A stretch of DNA of 64,000 nucleotides, taken from contig JANJGN010000036.1 in the NCBI GenBank assembly GCA_026770705.1, forward strand, positions 2,976,001 through 3,040,000. Direction: 5' to 3'. Positions 35,002-48,535 of this stretch are shown here, piece after piece; position 1 is the stretch's first letter, and each line of letters starts with the position of its first letter. This stretch comes from Isurus oxyrinchus. Its lineage: Eukaryota. The translations under genes and the position numbers were made by a program. Below the pieces are notes generated by a model, which saw nothing but the letters and a program-made list of their open reading frames with translations, ran no database searches and had not been told where the DNA came from.

Positions 35002-37675
35002 CTTGACGCGGTGAGTTCTCTCTGTTTTCGCTCTCACCAGTTTGTTACTGCAGGAGGAGTCGCCGCAGACTGACCTGAGCTCAGCACCAGTGAGTTGCTT
35101 CCCTTTCGATGCAATGGAAACTATGACGACTTATGCTATGGAAAGTATGACACCATTTTGGGTGCGATGTCCTGGTGAATGTCACATACATTTATCAAAT
35201 TGTGGTCACTGTCACAGCGACCAAATAGCTCGTTGCCTATAAAGAGATTTAGTCGGTTTACAGGATGTCACTGAATTCTAACTATGAGGGTGCAGGCTGA
35301 ATATTAAAGTTTAATTCGTTCTCAGGATGCGTCTTCCGGTGCCTGGGGCAGCAGCTATTAACTATCATAAGGGCCGCTTGAGAAGCTGGCGGTGTTTCGC
35401 CTTTTTGAATAACCGTAGCCCATGTGGTGTACGCACGCTCCGTGCTGTAAATTGGCAGTGAATGAACGGCGATACAGTTCCAAAGCAGGCTTGCGCGTGA
35501 CTCGGAGGGGAACTTGCAGATGGTGGTGTTCCCCGTAGTCTACTGAGCATATCCTTCTGGGAGATAGAGGTTGTGGATTAGCAGGGTGAACGGCCGGAAT
35601 TCAGAATATAGTGTAATACTACTCAATAAAATACATTCTATAAAGAGGTTGTACACGATTCTTGATACAACGTGCTTAACACAGAGACTGGAAAACATTG
35701 AATGACCATCGCATTGAATGGATTGATTTGAAATATTTGGCGGCAACCTTAGTGAGCTGCCCCGGTATTCCCTGTGTGTCGATAGTAAGCAGCGCAATTT
35801 CTGTCAGTTGCTGATTAAAGGAACGCATCATTTGTGAATAATATTGGGGATGTGTAAATTTTATTGATAAGCCGAGCATTCAGATACACATGCAACCGGT
35901 GTCACTTCGATGAGGACAAGGTAAATGAGGTCAGTTGTACACCAGCGACCTGTTCAGTTGCAGCAACCCTGGGCGGCAGGTCCTGAACTGCCTGCCGGTT
36001 CACACTAAGTCCTAATGTTTAATCTCTAAAGACACTTTTGCGCGCGAAGCGTGTCAACCTTAAAAACGGGAAAGCCGCTGAGAGATTATGGCTCGAAATT
36101 CATTTTCCATCTCAAACCCAAAGTGGACAGAATCTCGGACAGTGGTTTCCGCCCCTCAATGTGCTTTGCACAGCCCCCGAATGGGCTCTGAGGGCGGCGT
36201 CTTTCTGAGACTGGCAGCAAACAGCGGCGGTCACAGCTGCAATATTCACTGACTCGCTTCTTTATCATTCAACGTCAAGCATTTCTGGAGAAAAGTTGAG
36301 GCACTCAGTAACGAGCAACACAATCTGCTCATTTCAGACCCCATTCTGCAAGTAATTCACTTTAAGATGAATGGAGCCCGCTCTTGTCTCCCAGATTATT
36401 TTCCTCATCATTACCCTGAAGTTTCCTTAACATGGGTTCTTGACGATTCCTGCCGTGCATTTGCTGCTTTGACTTTATAACTGGGTCAAGTTTACAATGA
36501 GGGGCTCCCATGAAAAGAATGATTTGACCCAGCAGCAGTTTCTAAGTCTTTTGTCGCTGTTAGAGTGAAGCATTTTGATCTTTTGCTGTAGCTGGCACGA
36601 TGATCCAGGTTCTATCCTGCATCCTCATAAGGATCTGGGTCGAGTGAGTGTTGATGTTTATCAGGGACAATTTAACAAACGTTTATTTAAGTTGCATCGC
36701 TTTTACATAAAAATTCAGTTTGTTGTTTCAGGGAACTGAGTGAACATCTCCCACAAATAAGTACCTGAACAATTTTGTAAAAATCGTCAGTAACATCCAC
36801 ACTACATTTAACGCTATGCCAGAAGCAGTCGACCCCAGCATAATTCAAATAGTTTTGATATTCTAACATTTTCCACGTTCTTCTCAGGTTGATTCTGAGA
36901 CAAACCAAGAAGGGCCATCTCAATGTTAACTTCAAGTGGCCAAAGGTTAAGCGATCAAAATAAATTGGAGCTGGAGTCGGCCATCCAGGCCCTCGGACCT
37001 GCTCCCACATTCAATAAGCTAATGGTTGTTCCGGTTGTGCCCTTACCTTCACTCTCCTGTCTATTCCCCATTGGCCTTGGCCCCCTTGTCGATCGGAAAT
37101 CTGTCTAACTCAGCCTTGAATATATTCAATGATCCAGCTCTCTGGTTAAGGGAACTCCACAGGCTAACCACCCTCTGAGAGAAGATATTCTTCTTCATCT
37201 CCGGCTTAACTGGGGGACCCTTATTCTGAAACTATTCTCCCTAGCTCTCCATTCCCCCATGAGGGGAACTGATCTGTCAGCAACTGTACTGTGATGCTAC
37301 CTCAGAATAGCATATGCTGCAATAAGATTACCTTTCGTTGTAAGATTCACAACCAGCAATGATTATTTGGTTTATTTTTCTGAATGTTGCTTCAGTTTGC
37401 AAAGGACAATTTTTTCCGTTAACAGCCGGCATTAAGAGCTGATAATCAACTTCTTAATTTGCATCCAATATTCATTATCGCTTGAAATGCAAACAGCAGT
37501 GAAATCTAATCCGAGAAGACCAAGTTGCGGATTAGCTACAGGACAGATCCTGCTCCGAAGACTAATTCCAGCAGTTTCTCTTTGTGTTAGAGGAGGACAT
37601 ATTTTGCATTTTTGTTTATTCACTTGTGAGTAATGGGCGTGGCCGGCGAGGCCAACATTTGTTGATTCTCCACAA

Positions 37676-38411
37676 NNNNNNNNNNNNNNNNNNNNNNNNN
37701 NNNNNNNNNNNNNNNNNNNNNNNNNNNNNNNNNNNNNNNNNNNNNNNNNNNNNNNNNNNNNNNNNNNNNNNNNNNNNNNNNNNNNNNNNNNNNNNNNNNN
37801 NNNNNNNNNNNNNNNNNNNNNNNNNNNNNNNNNNNNNNNNNNNNNNNNNNNNNNNNNNNNNNNNNNNNNNNNNNNNNNNNNNNNNNNNNNNNNNNNNNNN
37901 NNNNNNNNNNNNNNNNNNNNNNNNNNNNNNNNNNNNNNNNNNNNNNNNNNNNNNNNNNNNNNNNNNNNNNNNNNNNNNNNNNNNNNNNNNNNNNNNNNNN
38001 NNNNNNNNNNNNNNNNNNNNNNNNNNNNNNNNNNNNNNNNNNNNNNNNNNNNNNNNNNNNNNNNNNNNNNNNNNNNNNNNNNNNNNNNNNNNNNNNNNNN
38101 NNNNNNNNNNNNNNNNNNNNNNNNNNNNNNNNNNNNNNNNNNNNNNNNNNNNNNNNNNNNNNNNNNNNNNNNNNNNNNNNNNNNNNNNNNNNNNNNNNNN
38201 NNNNNNNNNNNNNNNNNNNNNNNNNNNNNNNNNNNNNNNNNNNNNNNNNNNNNNNNNNNNNNNNNNNNNNNNNNNNNNNNNNNNNNNNNNNNNNNNNNNN
38301 NNNNNNNNNNNNNNNNNNNNNNNNNNNNNNNNNNNNNNNNNNNNNNNNNNNNNNNNNNNNNNNNNNNNNNNNNNNNNNNNNNNNNNNNNNNNNNNNNNNN
38401 NNNNNNNNNNN
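37676..38411. other. Assembly gap
   Basis: Run of N. Confidence 1.
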
Positions 38412-38679
38412 GTTTGTGTTGTAATGAGATGCTGCCGTATGAAGCACTAAGCAATGAGCTTAAATCCCCGGAACTGCAACACTTTTTCCAGTAATGCCCC
38501 AAGTTAAAGAAGCCTCGTTATTAACACCTTGGGGAGCTTTAGTGACAGCAACCATTCTTTTAAAACACTCAGCTGGCTAAGTTATTCTGAAGTATTCCCC
38601 TTCAAACTGGGTCAATTGACACTGAGAGATTATGCAGAAGGCTTGCCCACTTGGACTGTTTGGTAGCATCCATTTCTTT

Positions 38680-41200
38680 GTTTCTTTCACGGGACGTGGG
38701 CGTCGCAGGCCTTGTCAGCATTTATTGTCCATTCCTAATTGTCATTGAAAAGGTGGTGGTGAGCTGCCTTCTTCAACCGTGGCGGTTTATGTGTTGTAGA
38801 TGCAGCCAGAATATTGTTTGGGATGTGTTGAAGGATTTTGACCCAGAGGCAGTGAAGGACTGGCGATATAGTTCCAAGTCAGGATGGTGTGAGGCTTTGT
38901 GGGCAACTCGCAGGCCTTGTTGCTCCCATGATTCTCCTGCCCTTGTCATTCCAGGTGGTAGAGGTCGCGGGTTTGGAAGGTGCTTATGAAGGGCATTGCT
39001 GAGTTGCTGCAATGCATCTTGTACATGATACACACTGCTGCCATTGTTTGTCGGTGGTGGGGGGGGGGGCGGGGGGGTGGTCCGTGATATTTGAAGGTGC
39101 AAAGTGAAAGATGGGGCGCCAGTCGAGACGGCAGCTTTGTCCTGGATGGCGTCGAGCTTCTTGAGTGATTTTGGGGCTGCACTCATCCAAGCAAGTGTCG
39201 AGCATTCCACCACATTCTTGACATTTGCCTTGTAGATAGTGGACAAGCTTTGGTGGGTCAAGAGGTGAATTGCTGTCCACAGAACTCCCAACCTCTGAAC
39301 TGTTCTTGTGGCCTTAGTGTTAGGGTGGCCTGTCTAGTTCAGTTTCTGGCCAATGCCAATCGCCAGGATGTTAGTAGTGAGGGACTCAGCGATTTTAATG
39401 CCATTGGTTATCAAGGGGAGATGGTTGGATTCTCCATTAGTGGACATGGACATTGCATTGTAATTTCTTGGCGCAAATGTTACTGGCCACTTATCAACTA
39501 AAGCCTGAATGCTGTACAGTCCTGGCTGCATATGGGCACAAGCCTCTTCAATTGTGCTGAACCTTGCACATATATGAGTGAACATATATGCTTCTGATCT
39601 TGTGATCGAGGTAAGGTCACTGATGAAACAGCTGAAGATGACTGAGTCTAGAACACAATCCTGAGAAACATTTGCAGTGATGACCCGGGACTGAGAAGAC
39701 TGACCTGCAATAGGCACAGCTATCTTCTTTTGTCCTAGGTACGACTTCAACCAACGGAGTTTATTCCCATAATCCCCATTCACTCTAGTTTTACAGTGGA
39801 TCCTTGATGAAACAATCATTCAGATGCTGCCTTGATGTGAAGGGCAGTCACTCTCACCTTACCTCATGTACTCACCTCCTTTGTCCACGCTTTGAATAAG
39901 GCTGTAATGATCTCCATAGCTCAGTGGCCCTGGCGGAACCCAAACTGAACATCAGTGAGCAGCTTATTGCTGGGCAAGTGCCGGTTGATATGATCCCTCG
40001 CATCTGTTTGCTAATGACAGAGGGTTCACTGATGGGGTGGTAATTGGCTGGGTTGGATTGTCCTGGGTTTTATGGACAGGACGACCCAGGGCAGCTTTTC
40101 ACATTTCTCTTAGATGCCAGGGTTGTATTTGTACTGCAACAACCAAAGTGGTTGCCTCTTAATTTGTCTAAATTCAAAGCCACCAATTTCAAGGACAATT
40201 ATGGAGCAACAACAAATGCTGGCTTGGACAGTGATAGCTACATCCTATGAAAGAACACATTAGCTTGGCTGAGGGCACATCTAGCTTTGGAGCAGAATCT
40301 TCCATATTATTGCCAGAATATTGTCATGGTCCATAGCTTTTGCAGTGTCCAGTGCCTTCAGCCTTTTCTTGATATCACGTGGAATGCACCAAATTGGCTG
40401 AAGACTGTCATCTGTGATGTTAAGGACACGAGAAGGAGGCTGAGATGTATCATCCTATCGGCAAGTCTAACTTTAGATTGTTGCAAATGCTTTAACCTTA
40501 TCTTTTGCATGGATGTGCAGCTCATGGCTTGCCCTCCAGCACTTTTCAATGAACCAGGGTTAATCACACGGCTTGAAGCCAATGGTAGATTTGGAGTTAT
40601 CCCAGGCCAAGAGGTTATAAACTGTGGCTGTATAAAATTCTGCTTCCACTGATGGCCCACGGCGCCTCGTGGATGCCCAGTTGTGAGTTGCTCGATCTGT
40701 TTGAAACCTATAGCAATTATCATGGTGGTGGTTTCACAAAACGATGTAAGGTATCCTCAGTGTGATGAAGGAGGTTCGTCTTCACGATGACTGTTTCATG
40801 TTCACTCCTATCAATACTGTCATGACAGATGCATCTGTGGCAGGCAGATTGTTGAGGGCGAGTTCAAGTAGGTATTTCCCTCTTGTTGGTTTCCATACCA
40901 ACTGCTGCAGGCTCAGTACTTTCGGATTCGGCAAGCTACGTCAGAAATGGTGCTCCAGAACCACTCTTGGTGATGGCCTTTACAGTCCCCCACCCGGAAC
41001 ACGCCCTATGCTACCCTCAGAAACTCCTCAAAGTGGTATTCAACATGGAAGAGCATTGATTAATCAGCTGGGGTCTGGGGACCGATAGGCAGGTGGGATG
41101 TGACAGGCGGTAATCAACAGGAGCTGTTTTTCTCCATGCTGGAACTGACGCCATTTGACTTCTTGGGGCCCAGCGTCGATGTTCAATTTTCCCTCCTGAC
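38680..41200 (-). mobile_element. Degraded L2/CR1-clade LINE (RT region and 3' end)
   Basis: ORFs 38773-39291 (IYKANVKNVVECSTLAW…KLDAIQDKA) and 39334-39819 (LRWLKSYL…VSQDCVLDSVIFSCFISDL) are RT-like. Confidence 0.8.
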
Positions 41201-42754
41201 TGTACACCACTGTGCCGCAACCTAAGGGATGGGAATGATGCCTGGGTCATTGTCTCACAGGCTGTATTCAAACGTCCGCACATAAGAAGACATAAAGAGG
41301 TGAAAACTCAATAGATTATATCACATTTCCAATCGGATGAGCTGCTGGTGGGGTTAGTAATTTATCTTCCTACTAAAAACGGTTGAAGCGCGCAGAGAAC
41401 CAATAAACTATGTTAAGATAAGTTGGGTAACACAATTAAGGTTACTAAGAACAGGAGAGAGAAACTACTTCTTCTGGAGAGGAAAGTCCAGAACAAGGAG
41501 AAGATCCTTTAACTTGGAGGCCGGCCATTCAGGGATGATGTCAGGAAGCAATTCATCACACAAAGGGGATTGGAAATCTGGATCACTCTCTTCCAAAGAG
41601 CTGTTGAGGTCATATGGGTGGGGGTCAGTTGGAGATGTCAAAACTAAGTTTGCGAGTTCTTTGTGTGGGAGGATGTAAAGTGTGACAGAACCAAGGCGGG
41701 TAGGTGGAGTTAATGCATGGTGCATGTTTCATCGAGTAGAATGGCAGGATTGGTTTGAGGGATTGCATGTCCTCCTCCCATTCATAAAATCCTAACTTTT
41801 TCTTTAGTCTTTCCAGTATATATTCTGTGTATTTTAACAACGATGACAGTGTTCCAAAATGTGCAGCAGGCCGATGGAGGTGTGAAAAAAGCTGTAAGCC
41901 ATGAAGTCATTATGAATTCGTATTTTCCTGCACTCTGCAAATTCACTGGTGATGAGATAATAATCAGATTGTTCGAAACCTCCTCGCGCATTTTTAAAAA
42001 TGTACTCCAAAACGAGAACGATGCATCAAAAGTTTGTAGGGATCAATTGCTAATTTATAATCAGATTTCATCTTGATTTTTAGGAAATGCAGCGGATACA
42101 TCTCAGTGAGATAATGGAAGATAATAAAATATGTCCAAACAATTAACCTCCAAATTGACCTGCCTCACGCTCAAAGATGTTGCTGATTGTGGTAGGTATT
42201 AACGTTGGCTGCCAGGCAGCTGAAGATCATTAGCTTATATTCAGCAAGACGCACAATCGATATTCTTGTGCGTTACTTCAACAGTGACCAAAAATAGAAA
42301 ATCAATTTCCATTAGAGCAATTAATTAAATGTAACTGACTAATTACAAGGACATTAAATGAGTTTAGCTCTTGAGCGATTCTGTAGATACCCATTAAGGT
42401 TCTGATGTGAATGCATGGGGGTCTGTTTTCTTTCCCATAGTGTAATAGTGAGTGACACAGCAATGAGATTAAACACACTGCAGGCACGGCTGTCAAGCGT
42501 CAATCTGTTGCGTCTTGAATCAGAACGTTTGTGGGCTGCAGACCCAATCGAGGTCTCAGGAAGTTCCAAAGAGTTTTCAAGACAAATGTAAAATATAGTC
42601 ACTGTTGTAACGTAGGAAATATGTTTTTCAAACATTGTTCTTGAGAATAAAATTCATTCCACAATAAAATTTTACCTGTTGGTATCGGTATCTAAATGTT
42701 TAATCACAGCATAAGACAACAAAGGGAATTTGCACACACCTGTCCGCTTCCACA

Positions 42755-43160
42755 ATAAACAGAATTACAGGAATGACATGTTGCTGAAAAGAAGGACACG
42801 TTGCTGAATTTCTTCACCTGTACTCATCAGGACAGATGTAAGAATGCCAAATTTGAAAGAATGAAGACAATTTATACCAGCTGAGAAACGCGTGCTGATT
42901 GGTTGACAAGTCGAGTCTGATCGGCCGTGACGTTGCCACGGAGATAGCAGCGGGTGCTCTTGGCTCCGCAAGCTCCAGGGTAGTTCAATAAAAGCTGTAA
43001 GGCTTGAAAATATTCCTTTTGATTGCGGAGAACGGGTCCTAGTTCATGAATGTATGTCCCTTCTAGCAGGTTTAAATGAGCCTTGTTACGAACTGGAACG
43101 ATTATGGTAAAGTGGTTGTTGTTGTTCCTGTTAGCACACTCAGGAATGTTCTTCAAGTCT
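42755..43160 (-). mobile_element. Penelope-like element fragment (GIY-YIG endonuclease C-terminus)
   Basis: FTIIVPVRNKAHLNLLEGTYIHELGPVLRNQKE resembles the PLE endonuclease C-terminal LE-x-x-x-I…P-x-L motif. Confidence 0.6.
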
Positions 43161-43519
43161 TCTCACTTTCACAATCACTCACACAATCTCCCTCCTTTCA
43201 CACTCTCCCGTTCACTCGTTCTCCTTTTCTCACCTTCTAACATTATTATGTTCTAATTCACTCCTCCATGTCAGGTTTCATTTTGCATCTCATAAGTTAA
43301 CTTAAGGTATCTGCCTCGTTAGAAATGATATGCTCATACTCTAATGCATTGCAACTGGCACAGTACCTGCAAATATACAGCAAGCACTCCAAGTAGCGAA
43401 ATGTAAGAAGTGCCGTTTTGTTTCTATTCGAAGCCCGACCCTCTTCTGCCACTGACACTGTATCTGCGCATGTGCGGATACTGCTTCCCTGGTGTTCCAG
43501 CAAAATTGAAAACCGCCTT

Positions 43520-44890
43520 AAAAATATTGTTAACTTTATTCCTTCCGAATTAGTTATCTTGACCAATGTAACAATTAACTGCCACATTATTCGCCTGAGA
43601 ATCGGTTACTACACCCAATGCAACAGTTATTTGTAGACTAAATCCTTGATTAATTGCTTATAGATTTCAGTTTACCGAGTAACTGTAAATTTACCTCCAA
43701 ACGCTCGCATGTCAATTTTAACAATCAACTGCACCATTAAATCACAAGTATATCCGATATAATGTCCATTTCAACAATTAATATCCTGAAATTTCATTAT
43801 AAGCCAAATATAACTTGCATCCTCGTCTTAAACATCAGCAGGGCGAACTGAACATCCAGTAAACTGCGTGTATCGCTTATGCTTAATTGAGCATTTACCT
43901 GTAGCTTTATTTCGCATTCAGTTGTTTGTAAAACCACATTGAAGAATCACCCAATTCTTTATTCCCATGTCTGTTGATATCAAGACAAATTTAACACATA
44001 ACTCGCACTTTATTCTTCTGTGCATTGGTAGTCCAGGCAACGTCATCAATAAACTGCAAACGTAATCCTTTAAGAATCTGCTATAATCTCCAACTCAATA
44101 ATTAACTTCACTGCCATTCCCATGCGAATTGGTACTTTTGCTCCCAGCAACATTAATTGCCTTGTCTCATTTAACAATAACGTGTAACCTAAAGTCCTTG
44201 ATTTATGATTATGCTGCCGAATATATTTATTAAATGGAACGTTGTTCGCTTGTGTGTTGTCTAAATGGGTAATATCACAAATGAATTCATCTTGTGCCCC
44301 CGTTTCATCTTATAAGACTCAAAATGAAAGCCAAACCTCCGTGTTAGTTATAAAACCTAGCATAACAATTACTCGCAACATTATACCTAGAACATTATTG
44401 AGCATTCGCTATCTAAAAACTATACGTAACTTTAATCCTCTGATCTTTGGTTACTATGTCCGAATATCAACGCAATATCATGTTATTCACTTGTGAAATG
44501 GTTATTATGTCCCGTTTGGCACCCGGCCGAAATTTTATTACACTTTTCCTTAGATATGACGTCGAAATTAACAATTAGAAATTCTATGCTCCTGCACATT
44601 GTTAACGCGCACAGTATAAAATTCAACTGTAAAGTTAAACCTGAATGTTAAATTCCTATTGTGACATGGATATTACATTTTACATTATACATATTAATTT
44701 GTGTAGCGTTTGCAATATTACAACTAAACGTATTTTTATGCTGTGTAACTGTTGAAGCGTACAATTCAATAATTACATGCAATGCCATTGCCGTATGCAT
44801 CGCCAACTGTGTCCAATTTAACATCGAACTCGAGCATTATTCCGCTTTGCATCGGTTGTTATGCACAGTTTAAGAAATAACTGTTATTTT
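43520..44890. repeat. Ancient degenerate tandem repeat of about 52 bp
   Basis: AACAATTAACTGC-like cores recur about every 50-54 bp (about 43570, 43622, 43676, 43720, 43773 … 43994, 44047, 44097, 44149), followed by TTATTC…GAATTGGTTA-like segments. Confidence 0.55.
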
Positions 44891-45021
44891 CTACCACTGC
44901 TTACTGTTACCAAAGCCAAGATGTCAAATCGCCTCTAAATTTAAGACAATATCTTAGTTACTGCTCCATCGTCATCATCATCATCATCATCATGATCATC
45001 ATCATCATCACCTTCATCATT

Positions 45022-45149
45022 NNNNNNNNNNNNNNNNNNNNNNNNNNNNNNNNNNNNNNNNNNNNNNNNNNNNNNNNNNNNNNNNNNNNNNNNNNNNNNN
45101 NNNNNNNNNNNNNNNNNNNNNNNNNNNNNNNNNNNNNNNNNNNNNNNNN
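45022..45149. other. Assembly gap between (CAT)n and (TCT)n tracts
   Basis: Run of N. Confidence 1.
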
Positions 45150-45499
45150 ATCTTCTTCATCTTCTTCTTCGTATTATTATTATTGTTTCTCTTTCTGGTT
45201 TTGATGTTTTTTTTTTAAATTACCCTTTTGTAGAATCCGTCTGACACTGGTAAAGGCAGCATTTGCGCTCATCCGTAATTGTCCTGATTGCTGGTTTTGG
45301 CGATAGTGCCATAAACGGTTCTCGATTGTTTAGAAGAAATGCTTTGAGTTCAGTCATGCCGATTATGGAAGGAAATATGCCATCCTTACCTGGTCTGGCC
45401 TACATGTGACTCCAGGCCCATACCAATAGGATTGACTGTTAATTGTCCTCTACATTCATCCAGCAAGCAATTCAGTTAGCGACCTGCTGCAAAAAAGCC

Positions 45500-47360
45500 A
45501 AAAAGGAATAACAACGGAGGGGCCAGGTGTGACATCGACATAGGCAACGAAAACAACAACGCCAAACAGAGCCCTGCCGACCCTGCAAAGTCCACCTTAA
45601 TAATATCTGGAGGTTTATGCCAAAAGAAAATGCATGCAGGAGATTTCCCACTGTCATTACAGTCACCGTTCCAGACAACACGATTACCACAACCAAAGCA
45701 AAATGTAGGCCAACGAATAGGAGCATTTTTTGACCAAGAGCATTAACTCGGTTTGATTCTCCAGAGACCTTTGCCGACATTTATGTTTTTGTGCCGCAAT
45801 TATCATCCCCAGGTAGGACAGATACAACAGCTTTAGGCGCACAGGAATATACAGTTGGGAGGAAATTACCCGGTTCACCTACAAATTGACATTGGACCCC
45901 ATGAAGTGTAATCATGTCAAACGTGAGCAGCAAAACTCCTACTATTTATCACATGCCACTCTCCCTCAGTAGCTGAATCAGTGCTTTTCTATATTGAATG
46001 CTGCCTGGCGGAGCACTGAGGGTGGTGAGGACTCGGAATGTTCTCTGGATAGGAGACTTCAATGTTCATAAACAAGAGTGATTCCATAGCACTACGGCTA
46101 ACAAGCCAGCCCAGTTGTGAAGGAAATAAATGCTAGATTGTGCCTGTGACAGTTGGGGAGGGAACGACCAGGGTGGGGGATACCGAACAGACATGGCACT
46201 CACCATTTAACTTGTCAAATATCCATCTGTCCATGGCAGTAGATGTAATATGTAACATAAGCAATTGCATGCCAAACAGCGTGAATATGATGCCATAGAC
46301 TCGAAAGCTCTGCGATGCTGCCCCATTGAGCAAAGAATGGTGGTGAGCAATGTGAGAACTAATCTTGCGAGGAGGCTCCGCCACTATCCCCAGCTGCAAT
46401 GACGGGGTCCCCAGCACATTGGTGCAAAAGCAAGGTAAAAGACAAGATTGAAATATTTGCAACCATCTTCAGCTCGAAGTGCCATGTGGATGATGCATCT
46501 CGGCTGCGTGCTAATGTCCTCACCCTTACAGATGTCTATTTTTGGCCAATTCGATACACATCATATGAGATCGGGAAACGAATGAATACAAAGGATGGTT
46601 CAAATTCCAGGCGCCTTGGTATTTTCCTGGCAATAATACTGAAGACTCCAGAATGAGCCACGCCCGTGGCCACGTTCATCCAAAGCAGCTGCAATGCATG
46701 GCATCTTGCGATCACCCCACAATGTGGAAAATTGCGCAGCTGTATCTTGCCCTTGTGAACCATGGTAAATGCAATCAGGAAAGTTGTAGCCTCCTGACAA
46801 TAGTCAGCGAATTGTTGGAAGTTGGCAATGGCAGTACTATCAAGAGGCATTAACACAAAAATAAACTGCTCACTAACGCCCAGTTCGGGTCCCGCCAGAA
46901 CCATTGAGCCCCTGAACCTATTACAACCTTGGCATAAACGTGACAAAGGGGTTCAATTCCAGAGATAAGCTGACAACGTCTGCCATGTGATCAATGCAGT
47001 ATTTACCAAGAGGTAGCAGCAAGGAGCCCTGGCAAAATTGAAGTCAATGGGCATTGGGCAAAGTGAAGAAGGGTGTGGGAGTGGGGGTATGGAGTGAGGT
47101 CCCCTCTAGTTGGGGTCATACCTACCACAAAGGAATTTGGTTCTGTTCTTTGGACACCATTCTTGTCAATCACGGGACATTGTTGCAGGAGCTTCCCAGG
47201 GTGGTGTCCTTGATACAACCATCTCTGTCTGCTTCATCAATGACGTTCCCTCCATCTTATGGCCAGGATTGCGGATGTCCGCCGATGATTGCAAATTCTC
47301 GCAACATTCTCAAAACTTGAAGCCCCTGTGGGCATAAGCCACTGGACCTGGAAAACATTC
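45500..47360 (+). mobile_element. Degraded L2/CR1-clade LINE (endonuclease to RT)
   Basis: ggagacttcaatgttcat (GDFN) and DIVAGASQGGVLDTTISVCFINDVP…ADD remnants. Confidence 0.7.
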
Positions 47361-47574
47361 TGGCTTAAGCTTCTTTAAAAAAATCATTCACCGGACATGG
47401 GTGTCGTTGTCTAGGCCAGAATGTTTATTGCCTAATCCTTATTGATGTTGAGAATATGGTGCTGAGCCGCCTTCTTGAACCTCTGCAGTCCATGTGGTGC
47501 AGACAAACCCAGAATGCTGTTAGGTAAGAGGTCCCAGGATTATGACCCAGCGACAGCGAGGAATGGTGATACAT

Positions 47575-48030
47575 TTAGTGTTCAGTTTGTTGTGTTTGGT
47601 ATGGTAGGTTAATTGAGAAGTCCTATTCGTTTGAATGTTTGCAATGGTTTGAAGTGACAATAAGTTTGGTTGGCTGCGTGGCTTGGAGGAGCCGTGTGGT
47701 CATAAGTTCCTGTGTGGGCTTGAGACGCTGTATTAGTTTGAGGCGCACTCATCGTTTGAGGTGTTGTGGCTTGAGAAGTTATTTTGTATTGATTCTCTGC
47801 ATTAGTTTGAACGACTGCATTAGTTTGAGTCGCCGTACTATTTTGTGGGGCTGCAGTATTTTGAAGAACATCGTTGGATTCAGGGACTATTGTTTTTAGC
47901 TATTATATTAGTTTGAGAAACTGTATCAGCTTGAGGTGTTGTGTTAATCAGAGTGCAGTATAGTGTGGAGTGGCTGTGTAAAGAGGCTCCGTATTGGTTG
48001 GAGGGGAAGCATAGTTTGCATTATTGTATT
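47575..48030. repeat. Degenerate minisatellite of about 18 bp (ATTAGTTTGAG…)
   Basis: Repeated tattagtttgag / atcgtttgagg / attagtttgaa units. Confidence 0.6.
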
Positions 48031-48535
48031 ACATAGGTCTGAGGTCCATTATTAGAATGATTCTGAAACCACCACCGCAAAGAAAGCACTTCAATTGTTT
48101 AGCAATACTGCAACAGTTATGGGTAGAAGCTAAATACCAGAGTTTGGCAATGAGATGCCGCTCCAACTTTTGGAATCTGGCTGTTTGAACGAACACAGCA
48201 GTGTGAAAGGCATTCTAAGAACAGTATGAGATACTAATTATGTTTGATGGGGCATGGCCATTGAAGGAAACCACAAAATCAAATTGATCAGGACTGCTTA
48301 TTATTTCGTATTTTCCAATTAAATCTCAGTACTAAATACATTAGCTGTTACATCAGGGATTTAAATCGGCTGTCGTAATCTGTTGTTTACCATTAAATGA
48401 ATAATATTATGAACAATGCCCCGGTGGAAAACTCACAATGTATAAATTAAAGACAATGCAAATGTACCATCTCTTAGTTCAAGTCAGGCATGGTGTCTGG
48501 AGCAGGAAGGGACAGATCGCTTCACAGAAAAAAAA

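Noticed and set aside
37432-38502. ORFs of 275-356 aa (also 22839-23253 and 44992-45204)
   Set aside because: They span runs of N.
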